Notes: generated by a model from the letters alone, not told the origin. A stretch of DNA of 64,000 bases from Anthoceros angustus (GCA_010909165.1 MU008161.1:1674001-1738000), one strand, 5' to 3'. Counted from the first letter of the stretch, positions 1 through 13,344 are shown. Translations and numbers: made by a program.

Positions 1-654
<654 letters not shown>

Positions 655-1891
655 ATTAAGCATGTCCACCAGGCTGTTGGGTGCTCACAAACTCATGACG
701 TGCTCCACCTCTAATTTTTCAGCTGGCCCCTCTTCTGTACTTTTTTCAACCTATATGGTGAAGATTTGCTCAGCGAGAACTGGCTCTGGGCACTTCGCTG
801 GCCTGCCGTCGTTTGCCACGCACAAATGTCATGGGATCGGGCACTCTATGGTCATGCCTACTTCGTATCAGGGCTTCAGTCCTGCCTCGATTCCGGTCCC
901 CGTTTCTGTAAAGGATAGACCGGGACAGGCGGTCGGTGAAGTTGCCAGTCCCGATCCCGGTACCTCGATCTTTCGGGGGACTGACGCTCGTAGAGATTTA
1001 TGAATCGTATAAATTATGTTTACGATCAATTATTAATGTAATTGCTTAATTTAAATTTCATAGTTTCTGGTTCATATTAGAAGAAATTTAATATGATTTC
1101 AACATACCGGAAGATACCGGTCCCCGGGACCGAAAGAGTAGCCGGTCAAAATGGACCCCTGCTTCGAACGACATGCCCTGCTGGGCATTCATGAGCCGTG
1201 GACCACATTTTTCACAACCAGTCCGTCAAACGTGAGCATCCATCAAGATGGCGCACGTCGAATACAAGACAACCACGCCACCACGACAAAAAATTTCAGG
1301 TTCAACACCGCAAGCCAGCACATTAGCATGCACCTGCTGCCCAGATTTTTAAGTCCGATCCACTTTCAGAAGGCCGATGGCACCAGTGTGCCAACCGCAT
1401 CATTCGCGCGAAGAATTGACGAAGTATCCCAGACCTTAGGGTCTGCAAACAGAAGAACGCAAAGGTTGTCAAGAGATAGGTAGAGGACGTCCATGGCCAA
1501 AACTGTCCACCTCATTCGCACCTCGTTCCTAGAATCCTTGATCCGCAGCAGTGAACAAGTTTTGGACGCTGATTAGGTCTCAGGAGACGATAGGTATTCA
1601 GACTTCCAAACCTGACTACAGCCCATGAGACTGGGGGCTACACTGGTAGGTGCAGCTACCTCATCACCCGAAGTATTTCGTCTTCATGGTGCAAAGGGAT
1701 ATCCCACACTGCTTTCGATGCAAGGATTCCACTGGCACCACAACCTGGAGTCTGGCGTGCGCAAACCGAAATATCTCATGACTCGCATCCTAACACCAGA
1801 CTTCTTGGTACGACAAAGCTTTGCAGGGAACCTGTCACGACTGTCAATATGTAATCTATTTCCCTTCTGGATTCTGGAAACTGGCAGTGCA

Positions 1892-4315
1892 CTACATCCA
1901 GTTTGAGTTCTCCTGGTCGCAGGCATAGTCGACGTAACAAATGTAATACCCCCGTTGGTCTCCAAAACTCACCCAGTTTCCCCGGCACATGTCTTTGACT
2001 CCAGAAATCCAAGGCTGGCACCTACCCTTTCCTACAAGACGCTCCACCTCTTCAAACAACTCGGATGAGACCCTGTCCTTCAGGCCTCTCCTCTCAATCT
2101 GCAAGACCAGCTCCCTGCCAATGGCTATCAACTGCCTCAGTTCTGTAAGATCTTGGGCAGTCAGCTCAACGCTCCTCTGCTGGAGAAATCTATCTTTACA
2201 CTCGGCATGTTTCATGCAACTCATGTACTTGTACCTAGCAAAACGTTGGTCCTTCTTTTGGACTGTTCCCTGCAAACACTGGTGGCCCAGATACACCAAG
2301 CCGGTATCTATGCTTTGAGTTTCGTAGATTCTCAGTGCAACATTGTAGGGTATCACTTCCACCAGCACTGATCGTTTCCTTGCGTACATGGTTGGATTCA
2401 TCAGGCTGGTTCCGTGCAGCCCAATAAACAAATCTGCTTTTTGAACAGCCCAAAATTGCTCCTGGAATGACACCTCATTGAAGTCAACGATTGAGGTACC
2501 AAATCCCGTTTCCTGTAGAATATCTCTGAAAGCTTGTTCACTATCTGGAAAGAACGTCCTACGCTTGCCATTGCGCACCAAGTAGAGTAGTACCGGTGCA
2601 TTAGGCATCTCCATCTCACGCATAGTTCCTGACTGATTCACATTCAGATACAGGTCCTGCAAACTTTTCCTCACATGATCTGCAGTGATCATTCCACCAG
2701 GGTACTGGGTTGCCTGCATGCACATTACGGTCAAAGTCACACCCTCATCGAGTGAACAAGTACAGCGTAGAGGCACTGCATGGATTCTTCACGTTTTTCT
2801 GACTCACCTTAAACAATCCAGGTATGACAACCTTTTCGAAACACATCGGCTCGTGGTCAGATGCGATCAGTTCATCCCAAATCATTCCAATTTTCACTCT
2901 GCCCTCTCCGGCAAACATACTGCCTAAAAGACTGTTCGTAGTCAATCCCTCCTTCACAACATTCCTGAGCAGCCTGGAGAGGGTGTGTGCCACATACATT
3001 GCAAAGAAGCTGTGCAAATTCTCTACCCTCAAGCGAAACTGTTTCCATACATTATCGTGCTTGAGCACCAAGACTCTATCTACAAAGTCCGTGTACATTG
3101 GAAAACTGAGGTTGTTGAAAACCAGCAAGCCGTTCACCTTGCCTGCGGGCAGACAGTCAGGTGGCTATCAGCAGGCAAGTAGGATAAGCTTAAAGGTCAG
3201 AACAGAAGCAAGAGGATCACAATCTTTCTCATACCAATAAAGTGCGCGACGTTCAGACTGGATTTATCCAGATGAAGGATTGTTGAGGTGCCATTCCACC
3301 ATGTCACATTCCTCTCCTGCAACCACTCATATGTCGTCGTGGCCTCTTCCAAGTGCGTCTCTTCGAACATTCTTCTCCTAACATCATACGATCCGTCATC
3401 ACACGCAACGGGCTCAAAACCGCTCCCTGGTGCTGCATCCTGGCCTTCCATGCATGTCTCAGCGCCTACAAAGAGGAGGTGCGTGCTGTTGAAGCATAGG
3501 CTGCGAAACTCGTAGTAGGTAACCCGCGAACCGAAGTCATTACGGAGAGAGTAAAGTGAGGTCACCGTGTGGTCCGACCGTATTCTCCCATTGACAACAT
3601 CCAGTCCCTCTCCATGCCGCGTCCACTCAGAGGAGCCTACCGTCCTGATCACGCCACCTGATGCTGATGCGGTGCCTTTCCGCGATTCCCGTCGCGCGGC
3701 AGAAACGTCCACCTTCTCAACAACATTGCCACTGTCCGCTACATCTTCAATTTCATCCGACGCTTCCGCATCCGCCTGCGGCATCTGCCGCACAACATTC
3801 GGCACCACGAACTTAGCGTCACGCGACCGATCTTCCACTTCATGAGAAATCACTGTGCTAACCGTGGTGAAGTAAGCCTTTGAAAGAACATCCCTGTGAG
3901 CAGGCGGAGGAACCTCCGCATCAAACCGTCCGTCCCCGACCTCAACGTCCCTGGACGACAGGCCAAGAAAGAAATCCGCACACCGATCCGACATAGCTCG
4001 GGACCGCATTCCGACCATAAAGAGCCTGCAGGGAATGTAAACCGCACTGTCCGGAAACAGCCTCTCCTCCACCACCGGAAACATGGAAGCGAGAGAGATG
4101 GAGCTGATGACAAGAGACGAAGCCGAGAGCAGCAGCGAAACAAGCAGCAACAGATTGACGCATCTCCCCCTGCCACCATAACAGAGCCATCGCCTCCGGC
4201 TCCTGCTCGTCCCGCCCGAGCTCAGCGACACTCCGGGAAGCAAGCCCCGGGAACCGACGGAGCGGACAGAGGTGCCGGATCTGGCTCCCCCCCCGCTGCT
4301 GCCGGATCTCTCCAT
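1892..4315 (-). CDS. Glycosyltransferase family 61 (DUF563)-like type II membrane protein; exons 4315-3235, 3142-2808, 2713-1892
   Basis: Three ORFs joined in frame by GT-AG introns 3143-3234 and 2714-2807; N-terminal TM segment; motifs NVAHF, CFEKVV and SFQEQ...ADLFIGLHGTSLMN...SVLVEVIP. Start taken as first in-frame ATG. Confidence 0.85.
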
Positions 4316-5644
4316 CCCTCCCACCGCGTCTTCTCCCGATCCACTCCTCTCATCCACCCGATCCAGCAAGCGCAGCCCGCGCCGTAGACGCAGGGGGGCC
4401 GATCCGGTGCTCACAGATCCGGCGCGTCATGGCCGCCCGGCTCCTGGATGCTGAGCGGACGCTGCGACGGTGGACGATTCCAGCGCATTCTGGGTGCAGC
4501 GGAGGCGGCCCGGGGGCATCCTTGGGCCGCATTGCGCGCGATGGCGTGTGCGGAGGACCTCGGAGTGCGGCGCTGGAGGAGTGGGGAAAGCCATGGGGTC
4601 GGCAGACAGGCTGCCGAGCTCGCCCGCAACAGCTGGAAGACGGTGACAAAAAGCGAAATTGGTCTTCACCTTTCCCTGCACATGCGGCACCATCATCTTT
4701 TTTTGTCCCTTTTTCGCTCTTTTGGCCCGGTGAACCCGGTCCGGTCGGGACTCTGCACTCGGAATCTGGCCCCACCCGCAATCCACCACCAACTCCTAAC
4801 TCCGTGACGCCTCGCTTTCCTAGGTCCTGTCCATTACTACACCCATTTCCATTACCTACCCACATACAATCCAACGCACCGACCCGACGGTTCTTTAATT
4901 TTAAGTACCATAGTTACTAGAACATATATTTATAAATAGCTTATATATTAACATACAAAATATTTTTAGTTCCTCCCAGGCACATCCTAGTGGTTTCATA
5001 AGTTACCAACTACACCACCATTTCATAAACTTGTTATATTTTTGGTTCATCATAATATTTTGTGTACTCTTGATCTTACTCACACCTTTACTCATTACTG
5101 TCGGTATATTTTTCATTCACCATAACATTCCATGTACTCTTGATCTTACTCATACCTCTACTTATTATTGCGAGGCACTCTTGTTTCCGTGCACTCCATT
5201 CCCATCCACTCCCATTCGAGAGGTTCGCAATATCCTGTAGAAGAGATCCTTGAAGGACATGATGAGAAGGAGGCGGAGCAACAACTTGCATCTCGCCTAT
5301 TAATAACGTCTACTCCTTACTTAATAGATATACGCAAAAAGAAAAAACGTATTTTAAATTATAGAACGAATACATCATGTTAGGCGAAACTACTTTCTTT
5401 CCTTTTATGAAAGCACCAAACAGTTGCTTACATGTAACCCAATACCATTCAATGAGCCGTCCAGCTTCATGATAATATATGATTTATGATTAAAAGTTTT
5501 ATATGTTTAATTTTACGTGTTTATGTAAATTTTTATTTTATTTAAAAATTAGTAAATCAAAATTAAAGTTACATCCTAGACTCAAATGTTTCAAGGGCAG
5601 AATATTATTAAAATGAGGGGTTGACCTTTAAATTAAGTGTTTTG

Positions 5645-6900
5645 TGATCCATGCATCCCATCACTTGTCTGAACCCGGCTTGGCTCGTGTTCCTTGTCTG
5701 CAGGCAGCTCACAACACTTGCTGTACACCTTGTGGAGCAGGTGATTTATCACAATCATCTGGTAATTGTTGACGGGGGCCTGGTCCCCGGCCTTATGAAT
5801 GAGATGGACATCCGATTTCCCCCAAGATGTTGGTAGGCATCCTGTCTTGTATGTTTTGTTGAATAGCTTTGCAAGGACCTCTGGAAGGGCTGTTGTGAGT
5901 GTTGCCTTGAGAAGGAAGCTCTGCTGTCAGTCCAAGCCTGTCCGCTGCCTTCTCGTTTTTCAGTCTTGCCAGAGCTGTTTTTATCTCTATAGCATCGAAC
6001 TGGAAGGTCGGGTCAACAGCTTCCAAGGTGGTGGGCTCGGCATGCTGCGCTTCCATCGAGTCGTACAAAAGCTTGCTGTAGTCGTACCATTCTTGTTTGT
6101 CCACTGTGGGGCAAGTTTTCTTCCTAGCCTTCAACACTTGCTAGAATTGCTTGGGTTTGTGGTGTAGCTGGTTGAGTAACTTGGAGTTGTGGGCAATGGG
6201 GAAAGCTCGCCTCCGCTTTCGGCAAATAAGTTTGTAGGTTTTCCTTGCTCGCTCCAGGCTGTCCGAATCCGTGGGGGGTTTGTGCCTGCCGGCAGTCCTT
6301 ACTGAACCAGGCGGGTAGGATGCTATATAGCCTTTCCCTGTTCATGGGCCTGCTTTGCTTTTCTTTATCGCCGATCGTAGCGCAGTGTGCAGTGCCTAGG
6401 ACTCTGGGAAGCTGGTTGGAGAGCTGTGCATGCAGCACTGCTGCAGAGGTCGTGTTGGGCTGGTAGGGTGTGGGTCCAATTCCCCTGTTCCGTTTCTTGC
6501 TTGCCACCTTCATATCAGTCTTTAACCAGAAGAGGAGCGGCCTGTGGTCCGAGCCAGGTAGAGAGGTACGTATTTACTTGAAAGTCAGTGATCCTGTCCC
6601 GGGCCTCGGGTCTGGCATACAAGTAGTCGACAGTGTTGTGTTTTCACTGCATATCAGTCGGCAAGCCATCCCTACCCCTTCTTGTCACCTTCTGGGCACA
6701 GGTGAACTTCCTTGTGTGAGGGAATTTTCTGATGCCATTGTATAGGCGCATGTCGTGGCGGTCTAGCATGGCTGTGAAGGGATTGATGTAACTTCACATG
6801 GAGTGCGGAGGGAGGTGCCCGGGTCTTCAGATTTTTCAGGGATTGCGGCAAGGGTTTGGGAGTCGGAGCGGATCCCAGATGTCGCGGGCGCAAGAGATCT
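5645..6900 (-). mobile_element. Degenerate non-LTR (LINE) retrotransposon: APE endonuclease C-terminus plus RT N-terminus
   Basis: Minus-strand fragments NG...FTC, TVDYL, GSDHRPL (endonuclease); EIKTALARLKNEKAAD..GLTAE, WKSDVHLIHKAGD...NNYQ, QAGFR...DH (RT); frameshifts and stops. Confidence 0.85.
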
Positions 6901-7470
6901 AAGGCACTGGTTGTGACCTTGCAGGTCACATGTGTGGTTGCGGGATGGGTATCTGCTATCGTTGTCGGAATTATACTGTATAAAAAAATGGGAGTTATAA
7001 AATCAGATAAAATTCAAAATTCAAAAGGATTGGGAACAAAAAACAACTAGGTCTGGATGTGAATGGTAGGTATATCAAACATGACTTCCCACGCGAGGAG
7101 AGGAGGAAAAATAGACCCATACAAGTGCAGAGCCTGGCAGCCTGGCCACACGTCTCCGAGAAATCCAACACTTCCAAACTTCCACCATTTGCAAATTGCA
7201 ATAAGTGGTGGGAAGCAAGCTTCCCAGACTTGCGGCGAGCAGCTTGAAGTGACGGGTCAGGCAGCCCCTGCCTGGCCTCCTTGCGCAACTTAACTTGCAA
7301 GAAGCACATCACGGTTTGTGACTCGGGCTTGATCGGTTCGTGTCACTCGTTTGTTCCAGCTCCGTTCACAAATAGTGCAATACACAGACGAAGTGCAACC
7401 TGATCACACTGGCAGGTAACCAGTGGACGCCTATTGGCACATGCTCCTCGCAAGCGCTCTGTTTCCGAGT

Positions 7471-7656
7471 ATGGATAAGAAGGCCACGGCATTCCTAGGA
7501 CTAGTTGTGGCGCTCACGGGAGCCGGAATCCTGGCTGTTCACCGGTTGCAGGTGGAAGAGAGACAGAATCTGCACCGCGGTGTGCTGCGTGACGAGCAGC
7601 TTCTTGCTCTCAAGGAGCAGCAGTTGCAACAACAGGTTGAAGAGAATCGCGGGTAG
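7471..7656 (+). CDS. PET117: PET117 cytochrome c oxidase assembly factor (61 aa)
   Basis: Short hydrophobic N-terminus followed by VHRLQVEERQNLHRGVLRDE, matching the PET117 pattern VHxxQxxERxxLHxGVxRD. Confidence 0.85.
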   Translation: MDKKATAFLGLVVALTGAGILAVHRLQVEERQNLHRGVLRDEQLLALKEQQLQQQVEENRG

Positions 7657-7978
7657 CGGGGTCAAGCGCGTGCAGTGACTTCAAGAAGGTATTCTGGATG
7701 GTGGATTGCAAAACGGAACGGGGGAAAGCCGAATGCAATCAGATGCACAGTAAAGCCATGTCATGTCAGCGATGTTCAACGAATTGTGCCTAAGCATGAT
7801 AGATTCTCTGACTCCCCGCCACTCAAGTAGCCGTGTCCAGGTGACTGCATCGTTGCTGCCTCAAACACAACAGGGTGACACGAACCAGGCCTTGTTGTGA
7901 CATGACGGCGGCAAGGTTAGAACGCGGTCGGTTGTGATAAGAAGAAGGCACGATAGTAATTTTGCTTCAGCTTTCAAG

Positions 7979-8351
7979 ATGCAGGGCGGGATCGGTTCGC
8001 CATCTAGGGCCACTGCCAGCACGCCTCCTCCGGCTTCCAGCAGCCAGCCCCCTCCGTTGGACGAGCCTGTGTTTGCGCATCTGGCGGAAGAGCTCACCTT
8101 GGCGGAGGATCGCAAAGCCGAGACTGAGCAAGGTGAAGCGCTGTCAAAACCCTAGACTGGGCTCGATATTGTATGCCTTTCAGTGTCACAAATTCTTGTT
8201 TACGCCACCTTCTGGTTTTGAGCTTTCAAGTGGTTCATGTCCAGCTCTGATGGAGGATCTCACGAGCTGGCTGAAGAAGGAAGAAAAGGCTTTGGAAGCT
8301 GATGCCTGGATGTTTGCTGCTCCTCGTTCTCAGCTGTCTGTCATATCTTGA
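7979..8351 (+). CDS. SAMBA: SAMBA, plant APC/C regulator; exons 7979-8132, 8245-8351
   Basis: Phase-1 GT-AG intron gives ...EDRKAETEQALMEDLTSWLKKEEKALEADAWMFAAPRSQLSVIS, matching the SAMBA C-terminal motif (KEVKSLEEDSWMFEGPRSRI type). Confidence 0.85.
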
Positions 8352-8585
8352 CTTCATTTTCGAACCTGGCTTGCAACTCGGACTTAGCCTTAGCTCTTGA
8401 GTCCAGTCATGTACTGTGAAGCTTCTGGAGTATTTTGTCCATTTTGGGGTACATAGCGTCACTCTCATAGTGCGCACACCTCGTAGGGTTTGGTAGCTTG
8501 AAGAACTATCTATTTGTACTCTTCTTTCGCCGGGTTCGTCATATCATTCGCACTCTACCCCGTCAATCCTTTGTTTCTCCGAGTT

Positions 8586-9954
8586 ATGGTTCAGAAAATT
8601 GCAAGTGAGGTTTCGTCGGAATGCGTGAGCTTCAAAGACAGGCCAGAGTGGGCTGACGTGACGCCCGTTTCTCAAGATGATGGACCCAATCCAGTTGTGC
8701 CCATTGCTTACACAAGTCAGTTTAGGGAGGTCATGGACTACTTTCGTGCAATTCTTGCTTTGGATGAGAGGAGTGAACGAGCTCTCGGTCTCACAGCCGA
8801 AGTGATTTCTTTGAATGCTGCAAACTACACGGTATGGCTCCAGCATGTGTGTTCAACTGCTTGGAAACGTACGCCTGGTAAGATGTCTTTTACGTTTTCT
8901 TGGACTTGAAGCTGACCCCTTTGGCTAAACAGGTTTGGTATTTCCGAAGGCTCGTATTGGAGGCAATACAAGGAGACCTTGAAAAGGAGCTAACCTTCAT
9001 CGAGACTGTGACAAAAGTGAACTTCAAGAACTATCAAATCTGGTAAATGGAGGTTACCTGTCTGTCCATCATTTACTTGTTTCTGGATAGTCCGCTCATG
9101 CGTTCAAAGTGACACCTGCAGGTACCATCGGCGATGGGTTGCCACCAAAATAGGTCCTGGGTGTGTTCCTGGGGAACTACAGTTCACGGAAGCAGTTCTT
9201 CGAAATGATGCTAAGAACTATCATGCATGGTCCCATCGTCAGGTGAGTGGTTAGGCAGTGTGCTATCACGCACCTCGAATCTCCCCCATGACGTTTCTTA
9301 TGTCTTCCTCAACGCTTCCTTGTTCATAGTGGGTCTTGAAGGAGTTCGGAGGCTGGGAAGCGGAGCTTGACTTCTGTGACAAGCTGTTAACTGATGATGC
9401 GTTTAATAACTCTGCATGGAACCAGGTGAACTTCTCACAAGCGGTCCGCATTTCTGTGCTGCACACCGTGCTTTTTTCCTCTCAACTGAAGAACCTGACA
9501 TTTTTTTTTGCTCCTGTAGCGTTACTTCGTCGTTACAAGAAGTCCGTTGTCAGGAGGTTTGGCAGCAGCTAGACAGTCCGAGGTTCAGTATTGTGCCAAA
9601 CTGATAAAAACCGCACCTTCCAACGAGAGTCCGTGGAGGTATCTCAGGGGACTCTTTCAAGACGACAAAGTTGGTATGGTGAAGGAGCGTGCCGTCAGTA
9701 ATTTGTGCACAGAAGTGTTAACAGCGGATCCGTACTGCATACATGCACTAAGTTTTGTCATGGATCTTCTGGGACTAGGGTTCCACCCGACTCCGACTAC
9801 TCACAAGATGTTGCTTGAAGCGTTAGAAGCAACCGAGGCGGGCTCACCTCTAGAGCTTGCCTCTGTTTTATGTCAGCGGTTAGAGAAGCTAGATGCTATA
9901 CATGCCAGATACTGGGCTTGGCGGAACAACATGCTTCCACCATCTCTTGTGTGA
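8586..9954 (+). CDS. FTA: Protein farnesyltransferase/geranylgeranyltransferase-I alpha subunit; exons 8586-8831, 8933-9042, 9122-9242, 9330-9425, 9520-9954
   Basis: [24 protein letters not shown]; PPTA repeats [39 protein letters not shown]; all introns GT-AG and in frame. Confidence 0.96.
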
Positions 9955-10266
9955 GGAAACTTTGGGCACAATGTTAATGAGCAATTACTTCCGTCATCCT
10001 TGTCTCCCTACTCAAACTAGCGTAACGAAGCCCGCACTTCCTTCAGTAGGCTTGAAGTCCCTAAGGCTCTCTTCTCGCAAGTAGCTTCGTAAGGAGCTGC
10101 ACAATGGAAACATTGGGGTCAAACAGCGTCCGGAGCTCCTGGCATGCTGCCGATTCCCACTGGGATTTTCGTGATTGCGAAGCAACGGGGCCAGGTGGTT
10201 GAGGTCCATCTGGATCTGCTGTTCAAATGCAGACCTTAAGGATTAAAGATCCTTACGTGCCCACGT

Positions 10267-13200
10267 GTGGCTTCACGACCAAAGCTGAGAGGTTGTTACC
10301 TTTGTTGCTTGCATTGGAGTGGGAGGAAATTTTGTTCTGGCTCTGACGTGACCACTTGTGGCCTTCACAGGATCCAGGTCATCCCCGAGGGTGCTCCTGA
10401 CATACAGAAATTATGCAGAGAGGGACGACTGAATAAGGCGCTGCTTGCCCTCCAGTGCATTGATCAGCAGGGCAGGGCTCCCTCGGTGGAAGTTTACAGG
10501 GGCCTATTGTATACGTGCATGAAACAAAAGGCCTCCGCTGAGGCCAAGCAGGTGCATGCTCATTTGACAAAGCATGGGTTGGAGTTGAACACTGTTCTGG
10601 GAAATCTTGTGGTGGCCACCCTCATCAAGTGTGGGAGTCTTGCGGATGGATGCCATCTGTTTCGAAGTTTGTCTCACCGGACAGCAGTATCTTGGACGGC
10701 CATCATTTCAGGGTATAACAATGCTGGACAATGTAAGGAGGCTCTCTCATGCTATGAGCAGATGGAACTGGAAGGTATCCAGCCCAACAATCATACATTT
10801 GTCAGCTTACTCAAAGCATGCAGCAGGTTGGAAGACTTGGAGGAGGGCAAGCGGATTCATGCTGAAGCCATCAAGCATGGGTTGGAAACAGATGGCTTTG
10901 TTGGCAGCTCCTTGGTTAGCATGTACGCGAAGTGCGGGAGTGTCAAGGATGCAGAGAATGTTTTTGACCGATTGCACCAGCGCACTGTTGTGTCGTGGAA
11001 CGCAATGCTTGCAGCGTATGCTCAGCAGGAGCAAGGAGGAAGAGCCTTGCATATATTTGCTAAAATGCAAGCAGCGGGGATGAGGCCAAATGCCCGTACC
11101 CTTGTCAGCGCTCTACAAGCGTGTGCCTCCCTGGCAGAGAACGCAGAAACTGGCCTTTTGCACGGGCTGAACTTGAAAGCGGAAGCCCTTCAAAAGGGAA
11201 AGGAGATACATGCTGAAGCTGTTACATGTGGGTGTGAATTGGATGTGTTTGTTGCAAGCTCTTTAGTTAGTATGTATGCAAAGTGTGGGAGCATCATGGA
11301 TGCACAGCAGGTGTTTGACGGATTGTCTAAGCGCGACATTGTGTCTTGGAATGCCATGCTCGCAGCATATACTCAGCAGGAAGAAGGAGAAAAAGGTTTG
11401 CTGCTCTATGACCAGATGCAAGCAGAAGGTATTGAGCCAAACGGTCGGACTTTTGTCAGCCTTCTTCAAGCATGTGGGTCCCTTGCAGGAAAGGAGGAAA
11501 GGACCCCCATAGCCCAGCAAAATGTCAAAGTCGATGCATTGAGAAGGGTTAAAGCGATTCATGCAGAAGTTGCAAGCAGGGGATTTGAATCAGACAGATT
11601 TGTTGGCAATGTTCTGGTTAGTGTGTATGCCAAATGTGGTAGTATCATGGATGCTGAACATGTGTTTGACAAATTGCACCACTACGATGTGGTGTCATGT
11701 ACTGCAATGATTGCAGCATATGTTGATGCGGACGAAGTCCAAAAGAGCCTGCAGATTTATGCTCAAATGGAGAAGGAATCTGTCCCCATCAACTCTCGGA
11801 CGTTTGTCAGTCTTTTCCAGGGCTGTAGCACGCTCGCAGAAAAGGAGGAGATTACTTTAATTTATTGTCAGAGTGTAAAACTAAATGCACTGCATCTGGG
11901 GAAGGAAATACATGCCAAAGTTGCTGTGAGAGGGTACGAAGGCGACGTCTTTGTTGGTAGCACTTTGGTAAGTATGTATTCGAAGTGTGGCAGCATCATG
12001 GATGCAAAACAGGTGTTTGATAAACTGACTTCCAGAAATGTTGTCTCATGGAATTCGATGATTGCAGCTTACATCCAGCAGGGCCAAGGAGAAGAGGCTT
12101 TAAAGATTTATTCACAGATGCAGCAGGAATTTGACAGGCCTGATGCCCGGACCTTTGTCAGTGCTCTTCAAGCTTGTAGCATCCTTGCAGAACAGGAGGG
12201 AAGTTCCTTCGTGGACGGGGAATATCTGAAAGTGAAGTCCTTGTTCATAGGGCGGGGACTACATTCTGAAGCTGCTACAAGGGGATTTGAATTAGATGTG
12301 TTTGTGGGCAATTCTCTGGTCAGTATGTATGCAAAGTGTGGAAGCATGATGGATGCTCGACATGTGTTTGACAGATTGCACTGCCGAGACGTGGTATCAT
12401 GGAATTCGATGATTGCCGCATATGCCCAGCAGGATGAAGGAGAGAAGGCGTTGCAACTTTATGTACAGATGCAGAAGGAAGGAGTAAGAGCAGTCGAAGC
12501 TACATTTCTCTCTGTCCTACACGCCTGCGGCAACACAGGAGCTCTGGATATCTGCAAGCAAGCTCACAGGGGCCTTGCAAACATTGGCACTGAGAGCAAT
12601 CTGCTGGTAGCAACCAGCCTAATCGACGCTTACGGCAAATGTGGCAGCATGGCACATGCTCAATTCGTGTTTGACTCACTGCAACAGCCGGACGTGGTGT
12701 CTTGGACTGCACTGATTGCTGGATATGCGCGGCAAGGAGACTGCAAGACGAGCCTACATTGCTACGAGCAAATGCGTTTGGCAGGTGTGAAGCCAAACAA
12801 AGTCACGTTTCTGGCGGTCCTCTCGGCATGCAGTCATGCTGGCATAGTAGAGAAGGGACTGGAGTACTTCGAAACCATGACTAGAGAGCTTGGCATCTGT
12901 GCAGAGCTTGAGCATTACGTATGGCTAATTGATCTCGTTGGCCGGGCAGGGCTGCTTAGCAAAGCAACAGAGTTTGTGCTCTCCATGCCAATGAAGCCTA
13001 CCATGCGTGTGTGGCTGTCCTTGCTGGGCGCCTGCCAGAAACATGGTAATGTGGAGCTCGGAAGAGATGCGTTTGATCATGCCGTGGCCTTAGAGCCAGA
13101 ACAAGCCGCTCCCTATGTCGTGATGTCGAATATCTATGCTGACGCTGGGATGTGGGAGCATGCCAAGGAGATAGATGAGAGGAGAAAAGGAAACCGCGCA

Positions 13201-13344
13201 TGGAAGAATCCTGGGCAGACCTGGATTGAGATTGAACAGGAGGTGCACACATTTTTGGTCGGCGACAGGAGGAACCAGCGGGCTGCAATGGCCTATGGGC
13301 TGTTGAACGAGCTTAGCGTGCAGCTTTCAATGAATAAAGATTAG
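10267..13344 (+). CDS. PLS-class pentatricopeptide repeat protein with E/E+ domains and no DYW (organellar RNA-editing factor); start uncertain
   Basis: Repeated P-L-S triplets (VVSWNAMxxxY / TFVSLLxAC / SLVSMYAKCG), E1/E2 motifs (WLSLLGACQKHGN, PYVVMSNIYADAGMW, PGQTWIEI) and VHTFLVGD. ORF begins at GTG; first in-frame ATG is at 10519. Confidence 0.95.
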   Translation: MASRPKLRGCYLCCLHWSGRKFCSGSDVTTCGLHRIQVIPEGAPDIQKLCREGRLNKALLALQCIDQQGRAPSVEVYRGLLYTCMKQKASAEAKQVHAHLTKHGLELNTVLGNLVVATLIKCGSLADGCHLFRSLSHRTAVSWTAIISGYNNAGQCKEALSCYEQMELEGIQPNNHTFVSLLKACSRLEDLEEGKRIHAEAIKHGLETDGFVGSSLVSMYAKCGSVKDAENVFDRLHQRTVVSWNAMLAAYAQQEQGGRALHIFAKMQAAGMRPNARTLVSALQACASLAENAETGLLHGLNLKAEALQKGKEIHAEAVTCGCELDVFVASSLVSMYAKCGSIMDAQQVFDGLSKRDIVSWNAMLAAYTQQEEGEKGLLLYDQMQAEGIEPNGRTFVSLLQACGSLAGKEERTPIAQQNVKVDALRRVKAIHAEVASRGFESDRFVGNVLVSVYAKCGSIMDAEHVFDKLHHYDVVSCTAMIAAYVDADEVQKSLQIYAQMEKESVPINSRTFVSLFQGCSTLAEKEEITLIYCQSVKLNALHLGKEIHAKVAVRGYEGDVFVGSTLVSMYSKCGSIMDAKQVFDKLTSRNVVSWNSMIAAYIQQGQGEEALKIYSQMQQEFDRPDARTFVSALQACSILAEQEGSSFVDGEYLKVKSLFIGRGLHSEAATRGFELDVFVGNSLVSMYAKCGSMMDARHVFDRLHCRDVVSWNSMIAAYAQQDEGEKALQLYVQMQKEGVRAVEATFLSVLHACGNTGALDICKQAHRGLANIGTESNLLVATSLIDAYGKCGSMAHAQFVFDSLQQPDVVSWTALIAGYARQGDCKTSLHCYEQMRLAGVKPNKVTFLAVLSACSHAGIVEKGLEYFETMTRELGICAELEHYVWLIDLVGRAGLLSKATEFVLSMPMKPTMRVWLSLLGACQKHGNVELGRDAFDHAVALEPEQAAPYVVMSNIYADAGMWEHAKEIDERRKGNRAWKNPGQTWIEIEQEVHTFLVGDRRNQRAAMAYGLLNELSVQLSMNKD

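Noticed and set aside
2714-3234. Apparent frameshifts in the GT61 gene
   Set aside because: Explained by two in-phase GT-AG introns.
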